This document shows, in pieces, positions 10,388 to 21,948 of a stretch of 64,000 nucleotides of DNA. The DNA comes from Mobula hypostoma (lineage: Eukaryota): NCBI RefSeq assembly GCF_963921235.1, contig NC_086108.1, positions 72,170,001-72,234,000 on the forward strand, in the 5' to 3' direction. Under the pieces are notes generated by a model, which was not told the DNA's origin, ran no database searches, and saw only the letters and a program-made list of their open reading frames with translations. Each line of letters opens with the position of its first letter. Positions within the stretch are counted from its first letter, which is position 1. Made by a program: the position numbers and the translations under genes.

Positions 10388-13300
10388 TTAAGAAGGGACA
10401 AGCGGAGAGGCCATTGTTGGGAGTGAGAATGGGAGGGTCAGGATTTGGCTCAAATGAGTCTTCATCTTGGAAGAAGCATTGGCTCTGGGTAAGTTTCTGT
10501 TAAGTTTCCCTTGTTTCCTTACCGTGTCTGGGGTACTTAGTGTAGTTTAAATGACAGTTGTGTTCTTCATGCTGCATGTCTTCCAGGGAACTACACCTGC
10601 ATGGTGCATCCAGCTGCAGCTCCTTGAAGACCATGTTAGGGATCTGGAGCAGCTGCTGAAAACCTTTGGCTTGTACGGGAGAGTGAAGAGATCACTGATT
10701 GGAGCTACAGGGAAATAGTCACCACTAAGTTGCAGGAGGCAGGTAGCTGGGTGACTGTCAGGAGGAATGGAAATTTGAATAGGCAGTTAGCACAGAACAC
10801 CCCTGTGGACATTCCTTTCAATAATAAGGATTCCATATTGTATACTGTTGTGGGGGATGACCTCCCAGGGGAATGCTACAGAGACCAGATTACTGGCACT
10901 GAACATGGGGCTGTGGTGCAGAAGGGATAGAAGGAGAAGAGGGGAGCAGTAGTAAAAAGGGTTCTATGGTCAGAGGAACAGACAGGAGATTCTGTGGACG
11001 TGAATGGAACACACAGACAGTATGTTGCCTCCCAACTGCCAGTGTAAAAGATGCCTTGGATCGCATCCACAGTATTTTGGAGAGGGAAGGAGAGCAGCCA
11101 GATGTCTTGGTACATATTGGTACAAACGACGTGGGTTGGAAAAACAAAGAGGTCCAGAAGAGGGAATTTAGAGAGCTCGGCAGGAAGATGAGAAATAGGA
11201 CCTCCAGGGTAGTAATTTCTGGATTGCAACCTGTGCCATGCACCAATGAGGATAGAAACAAGATGATTTGGCAGATAAATGCATGGTTGAGAAGCTTCAA
11301 GTTCTTGGATCATTGGGATCTGTTCTGGGGGAGGTATGATCTATACAAAAGGGGTAGTTTGCCTGAACTTGAGGGGAACCAATATTCTCACTGGCAGGTT
11401 TTCTAGAGCTGTTGGGGAGGGTTTAAGCTAATTTGGCATGGGAATGGGAACTGAAATGAAGGGACTCAGGACAGGATGGATGGTAAAAAAGCAAAGGTAG
11501 TGTGCAGTCAGCCTGTCAGGAAGGGCAGGCAGATGACAGGACAAAATTGCAACCGGCAGGGTGAGTATCAGTGCATTAGGGATGCAGAATCAAAAAGGGT
11601 AGCAAATACAGAACTCAAGGTGTTGTATCTCAATGCATGGAGTATAAGAAATAAGGTGGATGATCTTGTTGCACTTTTAATGATCGTCTGATACGATGTT
11701 GTGGCCATCACTGAATCATGGCTGAAGGATGGTTGTAGTTGGGAGCTGAATGTCCACAGTTACACGTTGCATCGGAGGGATAGGAAGGTAGGCAGAGGGA
11801 GTGGCGTGACTCTGCAGGTAAAGAATGGCATCAAATCACCAGAACAATATGACGTAGGATTGAAAGATGTTAAATTATTGTGGTTTGAGCTTAAAAACTT
11901 GCAAGGGCAATAGGACCCTGATGGCAGTTATGTACAGCCCTCAGAAAAGTAGCTGGGATGTGGACTACAGATTACAATGGGAAGTAGAAAAGACGTGTCA
12001 AAGGGGCAATGTTATGATAGTCATGGGAGATTTTAACATGCAGGTAGATTGGGAAAATCAGGTTGGAAGCGGATCGCAAGCAAGTGAATTTGTTGAATGC
12101 TTACGAGATGTCTTTTTAGAGCAGTTTGTCATTGACCCCACAAGGGGATCAGCTATACAGGATTGGGTGTTATGTAATGAAATGGAGGCAATTAGCAAGC
12201 TTAAGGTAAAGGAACCTTTTGGAGACAGTGATCACAATATGATTGATTTCACTTGAAGTTTCATAGGGAGAAAGTAAAGTCTGATGTAGTAGTATTTCAG
12301 TGGAGTAAAGGAAATTACAGTGGTACGAGAGAGGAGTTGGCCAAAGTAAATTGGAAGGGGCTGCTGGCAGGGATGACAGCAGAGCAGCAACGGCGTGAGT
12401 TCCTGTGAAAAATGAGGAAGGTGCAGGACAGATGTACTCAAAAAACCAAAGAAATACTCCAATGGCAAAATAGTACAACCATGGCTGACAAGGGAAGTCA
12501 AAGCTAATGTAAAAGCAAAAGAGAGTGCAGAGAGCTAAGCAAAAATTAGTGGGAAAAATAAAGAATCGGGAAGCTTTTATAAACCTGCAGTAAACAACTA
12601 AAAGAATCATTAGGAGGGAAAAGATAAAATATGTAAACAAGCTAGCAAATAATATCAAGGTGGATAGAAAAAGCTTTTTCAAGTATATATAAAAAATAAG
12701 AGAGATGATGAAAATTGATATAGGACCACAAGAAAATGGCACTGGAGAGATAATAACTGGGGCCAAGGAGATGGCAGATGAACTTAATGAGTATTTTGCA
12801 TAATCTTTCACTATGGAAGATACTAGCAGTGTGCCAGATGTTGTAGTGTGTGAAGGAAGAGAAGTAAGTGCAATTACTGTTACAAGGGAGAAAGTGCTCC
12901 AAAAGCTGGAAGACCTAAGGTTACATAAGTTACCCAAAGCAGATGAACTGCACTCTAGGGTTCTGAAAGAGGTAGCAGTAGAGATTGTGGAGGCATCAGA
13001 AATGACCTTTCAAGAATCATTGGAGTCTGGCATGGTTCTGGAGGACTGGAAAATTTCGGACGAACTTGGAGTTGGACTGTGGTGGGATGCTTCCGGGATG
13101 CTGCATCAGCAAGTTTGCGGTGCTGGAGGTTTACCATCTGCATGAGCTGACGGGGCTTTTGAGAGACTTTGAGACTGTACCGTGCCCATGGTCTGTTCTT
13201 ATCAAATTACGGTATTGCTTTGCACTGTTGTAACTATATGTTATAATTATGTGGTTTTTGTCAGTTTTTCAGCTTTGGTTTGTCATGTGTTTCCGTGATA

Positions 13301-14465
13301 TCATTCTGGAAAATCATTGTATCATTTCTTAATGAATGCATTACTAAATGACAATAAAAGAGGACTGTGTGTCCTCATATCTGAAAAAAACCTAAATAGC
13401 AAATATCACTCCACTTTGTAGGAAAGGAAGGAGGCAGCAGAAAGGAAATTATAGACCAGTTAGCCTGACCTCAGTGGTTGGGAAGATTTTGGAGTCAATT
13501 GTTAAGGATGAGGTTATGGAGTACTTGGTGACACAGGACAATACAGGACAAAGTCAGCATGGTTTCCTTAAGGGTAAATCTTGCCTGATGAACCTGTTGG
13601 AATTCTTTGAGGAGATTACAATTTGGTGGGTGGCAGGTAGTATTGAGGAAACAAGTAGGCTGCAGAAGGACTTAGACTGATTAGGAGAATAATTTGGCAG
13701 GGAGATGGGATGAAATAAATGTGCAGACTATTTACTAAACGGGGAGAAAATCCAAACATCTGAGATGCAAAGGGACTTGGGAGTCCTTGTGCAGAACACC
13801 CTAAAGGTTAATTGCAGGATGAGTCAGTGGTGAGGAAGGCAAATGCAATGTTATCATTCATTTCAAGAGGTCTAGAATACAAGAGCAGGGATGTGATGCT
13901 CAGGCTTTATAATCACTGGTGAGGCCTCACCTTGAGTATTCTGATCAGTTTTGGGCTCCTTATCTATGAAAAGATATGCTGGCATTGTAGAGTGTTCAGA
14001 GGAGGTTCATAAGGATGATTCCAGGAATGTAAGGGTTACCATATGATAAATGTTTAATGGCTCTAGGCCTGCAGTCGCTAAAATTTAGAAGGATAAAGGG
14101 GGATCTCATTGATCTCAAATGTTGAAAGGCCAAAACAGAGTTGATGTAGAAAGGATGTTTCCCCTGGGGGGAGTCTAGCGCAAGAGGGCACAGCCTCAGG
14201 ATAGAGGAGTGTCCATTTAAAATGGAGATGTGGAGAATTTGTGGAATTTGTTATCATAGGCCGCTGTGGAGGCCAGGTCTTTGGGTATACTTAAGGCAAA
14301 AATTGATAGGTTCTTAATTGGCCATGGCATCAAAGGTTATGGGGAGAAGGCTGGGGGATGGGGCTGACCAGGGGAAAAAATGGATCAACCATGATGGAAT
14401 GGTGGAGCAGACTCAATGGGTCAAATGGCCTAATGCTGCTCCTATGTCTTATGATCTTATGGTCT
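10388..14465 (+). mobile_element. Near full-length CR1 LINE (ORF1 with SGNH esterase; ORF2 APE endonuclease and RT with internal deletion)
   Basis: ORF1 SMVRGTDRRFCG...VCCLP...VLVHIGTND (about 10950-11400); ORF2 LYLNAWSIRNK, ITESWL, MGDFN, SDHNMI, HSRVLKE, KSCLMNLLEFFEE; RT core deleted at about 13620; (tcttatg)n tail. Confidence 0.92.
13057..13392 (+). mobile_element. 5'-truncated non-coding retroposon 3' end inserted in CR1 ORF2
   Basis: Interrupts the EDWKI|ANITP coding sequence; same family as 19017-19630 in opposite orientation; AATAAA followed by gaggac...gtcctc hairpin. Confidence 0.8.
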
Positions 14466-15670
14466 TCTGTGATGTGAACTCCCAGAAACTTGGTGCACTT
14501 AACTCTCTCTGCAGAGGAGCCATGTATTCACAGAGGTGGATGATTCGTCTGCACCTGGTTGAAGTCCACAATGATTTCCTTTGTCTTCTCCACGTTCAGG
14601 CTTGGGTTGTTCTTCTCACATCAATCCACCAGCCACTCCACTCCCTCTCTGTACTCCGTCTCATCATCATTCTTGATAAGGCCAATGACTGTTGTGTCAT
14701 CCGCAAGCCTGATGACAAGGTTTGAGCTGGATCCTGCAACACAGTCATGTGTCAGCAGTGTGAACAGCAGCGGACTTGCGGTTAGGAAGTCCAGTATCCA
14801 ATTGCAGAGGGAGGTGTTGAGCCCCAGCAAGGACAGGCTCCCCACCAGTTTCTGTGGTAAGATGGTGCTAAGCACCAAGCTGAAGTCTATAAACAGCAGT
14901 CTGGCATATGAGACCCCATTTTCCAGGTGGGACAGGACAGAGTGGAGGGTAGAGGCTATTGCATCGTCAGTGGATGGATTTGAGTGATAAGCGAACTGGA
15001 CAGGGTCCAATATAATCAGGAGAAAGGCTTTAAAGTGCTCCATGTCCAGCCGCTTAAAGCATTTCATAATGGTTGATGTTAATGCCGCCAGATGATAGTG
15101 ATTTAGATAGGTTACCGTCGCCTTCTTTGGCACTGGAAAGATGGTTGCCACCTTGAAAACTGAGGGAACAATGGATTGTTCCAGAGGGATGTTGGATATA
15201 TCCATCAGCCGGGCTGCACAGTCTTTCAGAACCTGACCTGGTATATTATCGGGGGTTTGCGTGGGTTGTCCCTGTCCAGGGTTTTCCTCACCTCAATTTC
15301 ATCCAGACAGAGTGACTTTTCCTTGGGGGGGGGGGGGTACCTTCCTGCCAGCATTTTATTCTGTGCCTCAAACCGGACATAGAAGACATTCAACCTCTCA
15401 GGGAGTGAAGCGTCCTGGTCACTGACGCACAGGGTAGACTTGTTGTCTGTAATCCTCTGAATGCCCTGCTACATGCACCTACATGCAGAAGTGACTGGAA
15501 ATTCCCTGAGAATGCTCCCATTTCACTTTCCTGATGGAGAAGGAACACATAGTTCTTGTTCTCTTGACAGCTGTTGCATCCCCCGATCTACACACAGCAT
15601 CACAATCCCTCGGCGATGCATGGACCTCTGCAGTAAGCAGTGGCTTCTGATTTACATATGTCATCACTCT
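14462..15670 (-). mobile_element. Rex1/Babar-type LINE RT region
   Basis: ORF 14621-15205: IFPVPKK, ALTSTIMKCF, QFAY, STDDAI, LLFIDFS, LCNWILDFLT, SPLLFTLLTHDC, LADDTTVIGLI. Confidence 0.88.
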
Positions 15671-16154
15671 ACCCCATGAAGCAGTGAGCTGAACACTGAC
15701 CCATTCCTTGCCTCTGGACCTGACACCCTAACCTTTTCAATCTGGCCCAGCACTTGAATCAGCCAAACAGCAGATCATTACTCACCCTCGGGCACGGTGC
15801 TTAAATCAGTCAAATCTTGCTTGTTCCTCGCTCTCAGGCCTGGGCCCTGGTGCCGTGATTGCCTCACCTCGGTTCTGCCGTTTTGAATCTCCTTCCAGTC
15901 TGCTCCAGCAGCCAAACATTGGCTCATTCCCCGCTCTCGGGCCCGAGCCCGGGCCCCTGTACCTCGATTTGGCACATAAATACCATACCGCAACCATCCT
16001 GCACCTTTGAAACTTCAGTTCACACCAGAAAAAAATGCCAGATCATGCAGGTGGTTCAAAATCTCGATTCAGCATTTCATCTAGTTTAGTAATCACAGTT
16101 TCTCCTGTTTTGAAGAAAAAGTGTGATTAATAAAGTAAGCAGATGATATGCTGA

Positions 16155-17390
16155 ATCAGCACAAAGTTCCAAGACAGTAGAAACACTGCTGTGCATTCTT
16201 TGTAATTACACTTACATGCTGGTCCCAGGACAGGTCCTCTGAAATGATAATGCTAAGAAATTTAAAGTTACTGACTCTCTCCATCTCCGATCCCCTGATG
16301 AGGACTGGCATATGGATCTCTAGTTTCCTCCTCCTGTAGTCAATAATCCGCTCTTTGGTTTTACTGCTGTTAAGTGAGAGGTTGTTGTTGTGACACCATT
16401 CAACCAGATTTTCAATCTCCCTCCTAAATGCCAACTCATCACCACTTTTGATTCGGCCAACGCCAGTGGTGTGGTCAGCAAGCATGAACGTGGCATTGCA
16501 GCTGTACTTAGTCTCACAGTCAAATATAAATTGAGTAGAGCAGGTTTGTGGTGGAGTTGTGCTGATGGTGGTTGTGGAAGAGATGTTGTTGCCAATCCAA
16601 AGTTCATGAGGTTCTGCAAGTGAGAAAATTGAGGATCCAGTTGCACCAGGAGGTATTGCAGCCTGGATTTTGCAGCTTATTGATTAATTTTGAAGAGATG
16701 ATGTTGAATGCAGAGCTATAGTCAATGAAGAGCATCCTGATATATGCATCTTCACTGCCCAGATGTTCCAGGGTTTAGTGAAGAGCCAATGAAATGGCAT
16801 CTGCTGTTGACCTGTTGTGATAGTAGGCAAACTGGAGGAGTTACTCTTCAGACAGGAGTTTGATGTGTTTCATGACTAACCTCTCAAAGCACTTCATCAC
16901 AGTGGATCTAAGTGCTACTGGACGATAGTCATTGAGGTAGGTTACCACCTTCTTCTCAGGCACTGTATAATTGAAGCCTGCTTGAAGCAGGTGAGTACCT
17001 CGGACTGCTGAAGCGAGAGGTTAAAGATGTCAGTAAACACTCCTGCAGTTGATTAGAACAGGTCTTCAGTACTTGGCCAGAGGCTTTCCATGGGTTCACC
17101 CTCTGGAAAGATGTCCACACTTCGTCCTCAGAGAGTGAAATCACAGGGCCAACAGAGGCTATGGGAGTTCCTGAAGGCGCCTTCTGGTTCTGTCTGTCAA
17201 AGTGAGCATAAAATACATTGAGCTCATTTGGGAGTGAAACTTTGTCGTCACTTGGTTTTACTTTGGAGGAGAAGATAACATTCACACCCTGTTACAGCTC
17301 TTCAGCATCATTCTGTGATTCAGATTTGGTCTGGAATTGCCTCTCTGCATGTGAGATGGCTTTCTGGGGATTGTACCCGAATCTTGTATT
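16155..17390 (-). mobile_element. Second Rex1/Babar-type LINE RT remnant
   Basis: LADHTTGVGRI, WCHNNNLSLNSSKTKE, FKFLSIIISEDLSW and LPNELNVFYAHFD. Confidence 0.85.
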
Positions 17391-19016
17391 TTTGATGGTG
17401 ATGTCAAGATTATCCTATCATACCCGAGGATTGCTTATTAGTCTGAGAGTGGGGTCTAGAATTGAAGTGTGGGGGTTCAAAATCACATTGTTCAAAAGGT
17501 GGAGGACTGAGAGCTTTAATAGTCAACACTAAACCCAACATACAGTGTGTTCAAAAATATTAATTGCAAATGTTTATGGATGGACCATAAACAGCCCTTC
17601 TTAAGTATTTTTGAGTTGGAGTTTGTATAGTGGAGTTTATCTGAATGGAAAACAAAATTATAATATTTCAGAGAAGTATCGTTCAGTAGATCTCTTTTAT
17701 TTACTTGTGCCCTGGGGTAGAAACCATGTGGTGGTGAGGATACCAGGAAGGTCAACATCCTGGAAGATCTTGGTTTGGAAGAGGGGACTCTTCCACTTGC
17801 CAGGGAAAATATAGTAAGATTATTAGTCTGATGTTTTCCTTGGAGTAACATCCCTTCTCCCAGTTACTGCAATTTTGAACACAAACCAGGGAAACTAATA
17901 AATGCTTTTAAAAGTGGAGCCAAGTCAAACAACAACATCTGTTTAATTATTTTTTTCTATGGGATTTGTCCCACAAAGTAATTCACTGTACTTCCATTGG
18001 GTGCTGGGTGTGCATTTTTTAAGGCTATTTTACTGTTTTTGCCAAGTGTAACTTGGGAGCCAATGTTGTTAGTGGTTGCAATCATAGGTATAGAGCCTCT
18101 AGGGGATTTTGCCTAACATTAATCATTCTGCTGAGGAGTAGCTACGCCCGTAATTCAGTGCCAGAATTTGAAAGGATCTCCAAAGGCATGTGGTTGTGGT
18201 CTGCCATTCATCTGGATGGCTATTGCAAATTACAATAAGGTTTTCCCGCTATCCATTAGTGTATTTATTGGGAAATTCCTACTGAGAAAGTCACATTTGA
18301 GGGAGCACTATTTCCATTGTGTCCTTATCACCCAGTTCATATCCTTAGAGTGGCCCTCAACACCTCAAGCTAAGAACATTAGTAATTGATCAATATTTTC
18401 AGAGCATGTAAAGGAAGTAGAGTGTGTTGCCTTCTTTACTGGGGGTATTTATCCCCAGCCTCTTGGTCCTCTTGGTCCTCTTCCCATTGCTCTGATTCTC
18501 TCAGGTGCCGTGAGGTACCCTTTGATAAGTTATGCAGGAAGCCATCATCACATCCCTTGTCTTCATCCTCTCACTTCATCCACATTGTTGTGCTGTGAAT
18601 TATATGTGGGAGAGAGGAAAATGACCCCAGAATGAATGCCCTGGATGAGTCTTACTGTTGGATCTCATTAAGCACTTTAATAAATGCTGGCAGCTTATGT
18701 AATGTGTTAAATATATCTGTGTAATTTATATTAATTCTATCATTATTAAGAATATAATTATATGGTCAAGCAGTACACTAGGATTTCCATCATCTGCAGA
18801 TTTTCTCTTGTTTATAATTATCTCGTCTACCATTTGAGGACTCTGTTTATTTGATTACATGGCAATAAGTTTGGATACAGGAGCCCTGTGGAGAAATTGC
18901 AGATGGATTTGTTGTCTTAGTGAGGAATGGCCTGTAGCCAACAAGCAATTTATCTTTGCTGTTCAATACTTCAAGTTGCTATCTGGAGTTCAATCAGACA
19001 ACAACATTGCTTGCTT

Positions 19017-19630
19017 TTTAGATTTTAGATTATGAGGACACGCAGTCCTCTTTTATTGTCATTTAGTAATGCATGCTTTAAGAAATGATACAAAGTTTTT
19101 CCAGAATGGTATCATGAAAACACATGACAAACCAACTTAAAAACTAACAAAAACCACATGATTATAACATGTAGTTACAACAGTGCAAAGCAATACCGTA
19201 ATTTGATAAGAACAGACCATGGCACTGTAAAGTCTCAAAGTCTCTCAAAAGTCCCATCATCTCACACAGACAGTAAACCTCCAGCGCTGCCAACTTGCTG
19301 ATGCAGCATACTGGAAGCATCCGACCACAGTCCAACTCAGAGTCTGTCCGAAAACTCCGGGCCTCCGAGCGCCGAGCACCATCTTTGCTGAGCGCTTCGA
19401 CCCCAGCCCCGGCAACAAGCGATAGGCAAAGCCAAGGATTTGGGGCCTTGGTCTCCGGAGATTCTTGATCGCACAGTAGCAGCGGCAGCAAAGCAGGCAT
19501 TTCAGAAGTTACTCCAGGTGTTCCTCCGTACTCTCACGGCTGTCTCCATCAAATCCAGATTGTGCACGGCCCCCCCTAGTTACACATATGATATTCATTC
19601 AGAACGGCTGCGTGCACTGCGATCTTCTCC
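19017..19630 (-). mobile_element. Non-coding retroposon (SINE-like or long LINE 3' UTR)
   Basis: Minus strand ends AATAAAA-GAGGAC-tgcgt-GTCCTC-ataatctaaaatctaaaa; homologous to 13057-13392; CpG-rich. Confidence 0.75.
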
Positions 19631-19810
19631 CCCCTCCGGAGTGGGTCTTGCAGTGGGTTAGCTACCTAAGGCTATTAACCTTAACACCCAGCAGGTCTTT
19701 CTGAAATATCTTCGGTAAAATCTCAGGTTCTGTACATAATGAATCGAGTTTGGTACATCTTTCTGAATGTTATCTGGAGCCACTGAACTTTTATGACCAT
19801 GAGATGGCTA

Positions 19811-20722
19811 CAACTACCAGCACCAAAAAGACCGAAGTTATGTACCAGCCTGCCCCAGGAAAGCCATACCAGGAGCCGCGCATCATGGTGAAGGGCCAGA
19901 ACCTCCAGGCAGTCGACAACTTCACCTACCTGGGCAGCATACTCTCTCGCGCAGTGAACATAGACGCTGAGGTCAACAACAGGATTGCCAAAGCCAGCGC
20001 CGCCTTTGGGAGACTCCGTGAGAATGTCTGGGAGCGGAGAGGACTCAGCCTTACCACCAAGCTGAAGGTCTACTGTGCAGTGGTCCTTACCACCCTCCTT
20101 TACGCCAGCAAGACCTGGACTGTCTACAGCAGACACGCCAAACAGCTCAACCACTTTCACCTGAGCTGTCTCTGCAGACTCCTCCACATCAGGTGGCAGG
20201 ACAAAGTCCCTGACATGGAAATCCTGGAACAAGCTGGGCTCTGCAGCGTCTACACCCTCCTGCTGAAAGCCCAAGCCAGGTGGGCTGGACATGTGGTCAG
20301 AATGCCAGACAGCCGATTGCCTAAGCAGCTGCTGTACGGAGAACTGTGTCAGGGCAAGCGCTCAGTCAGGGGGCAGAAGAAACGTTACAAAGACTGCCTC
20401 AAAGCGTCCCTCAAAGGCCTGAGTGTTGACATCAACACGTGGGAGACGCTTGCCCTCGACCGTCCAGCTTGGCGCAGCAAGATCACCACAGGAGCCCGTG
20501 CAGCTGAAGTCAGGCGCATCATCGAGGCACAACGAAAGCGTGCTGTGCGCAAGGCCCGAGCAGCATCCACTGCCACGACAGCACCCACCCACTTGTGTCC
20601 CACATGTGGGTGAGCCTTCAGGGCCCGGATTGGCCTCATCAGTCACCTCCGGACCCACAGCCACCAGTCTCCCATTTGACTTTGAAGCCATGGTCATCTT
20701 CGACTACGAAGGACGAACAACA
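19811..20722 (+). mobile_element. RTE-clade LINE, 5'-truncated, C-terminal ORF with C2H2 finger
   Basis: KKTEVMYQPAPG, FTYLGS, RIAKASAAFGRL, RWAGHVVRMPDSRLPKQLLYGEL, GQKKRYKD, CPTCG*AFRARIGLISHLRTH; (caa)n tail; imperfect TSD atgaccatgagatggcta (19793-19810) / atgaccatgatgatgcta (20723-20740). Confidence 0.92.
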
Positions 20723-21948
20723 ATGACCATGATGATGCTAAGTGGTGACTCAGTCCCTAGCATTTCCCTTAGTACCCGTTTAGAACTTCTTGTTAATCTC
20801 CGAGCACATTGAATGGTTTCATTCTTCCTCTTTGGTGATCTTCCTCCTGCACTACAAAGTCCTGTGTATCAGCAGCAGCATCTCGGGAGCACTCTCATCT
20901 CTGTCACAGATATTTGAGAATCCCAATCCCATTTCAGAGAATCCAGTGAAAGGTCTAAGTGAAGCTAAGTTAGGATGACGCTCTGCTGAAAGGGAGATGA
21001 AGAGGCGGTGGAGCTGTGTTTTTGGGTCCGACTTCATCCGTCCTCTAGGACAGACATAAAAATAACTTGCAGCGTCATTATGAGAACGGGCAGACTGTGG
21101 GTGTGGGAAGCCAGTTAGACCCAAACAACAGGCCTTTCTGGAAAAGTAAAAGGCATTTATCTGGTCAGTGCCACTTTGCTGTTTATGACAGATTGCTGTT
21201 GAAAATTGGCTGCCATGCTAACTACATTTAAAAACCACTGCACTAGTTGTGAAGTATTCAGAATATCCTAAGGTTACAAAATGCACATGGTCAGTGTGAG
21301 TATTTCCTTCTTTCTTTCCTAATCCAACTAATCCCAGTTCGGTCAGTAGTTATATCAGTGAAGAAAGGCCTTACTCCGTAGCATTTGCACATGCACATAT
21401 GAACAGCACACATATGTGCAAGCACAGAGATATGTATGTACCCTAATATTTCATTTTATTCCATGTTACTTTCTAGGTTGTTCATATAACGTTTATTAGG
21501 TCATTAAAATATATTCCTTTGATGTCCATCTGGATTAATGTAATGCTGGCAAACTCTTCATTCTGATTGAAATTTACTGCTAGCTACATTAAGTACGTTA
21601 GGCATTTTCAAACCTGCTGATGTCAATGAAGCCATGTCTGTGTAAAAAAAAAAATTCAGTAATTGAGGGAAAACTGATGGAAAAAAATCAAAGACTGGAA
21701 TAGAACATTGTTTTAAATTAAGCTTTAATTCACCTTCAGAAATGTTGATGGTACAGTTGCCTGGCAACTAATTGAATTCCCAGTGAATGTACAAAGGAAA
21801 TTGCAATGTGCCCTTTAGGTATTGAGGCATTGATAACTTTCTTGTCTTTGAGTAGAAGAACAGTGCTTGATTGCACAATAATCCTCCCTTAACCTTGATT
21901 TTTACTACAATACTTTCTTGAAATGAAGGACAATCAGTCCACTATTTT

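Noticed and set aside
12170..12937. 255-aa minus-strand ORF, and similar ones at 19723-20292, 25502-26098 and 43094-43498, as novel genes
   Set aside because: These are antisense shadows of LINE ORFs or chance read-throughs of Penelope repeats.
20852..21124. 90-aa minus-strand ORF with a plausible splice acceptor near 21047, as a host terminal exon
   Set aside because: No recognisable protein similarity and no linked upstream exons; it cannot be supported without homology or RNA data.
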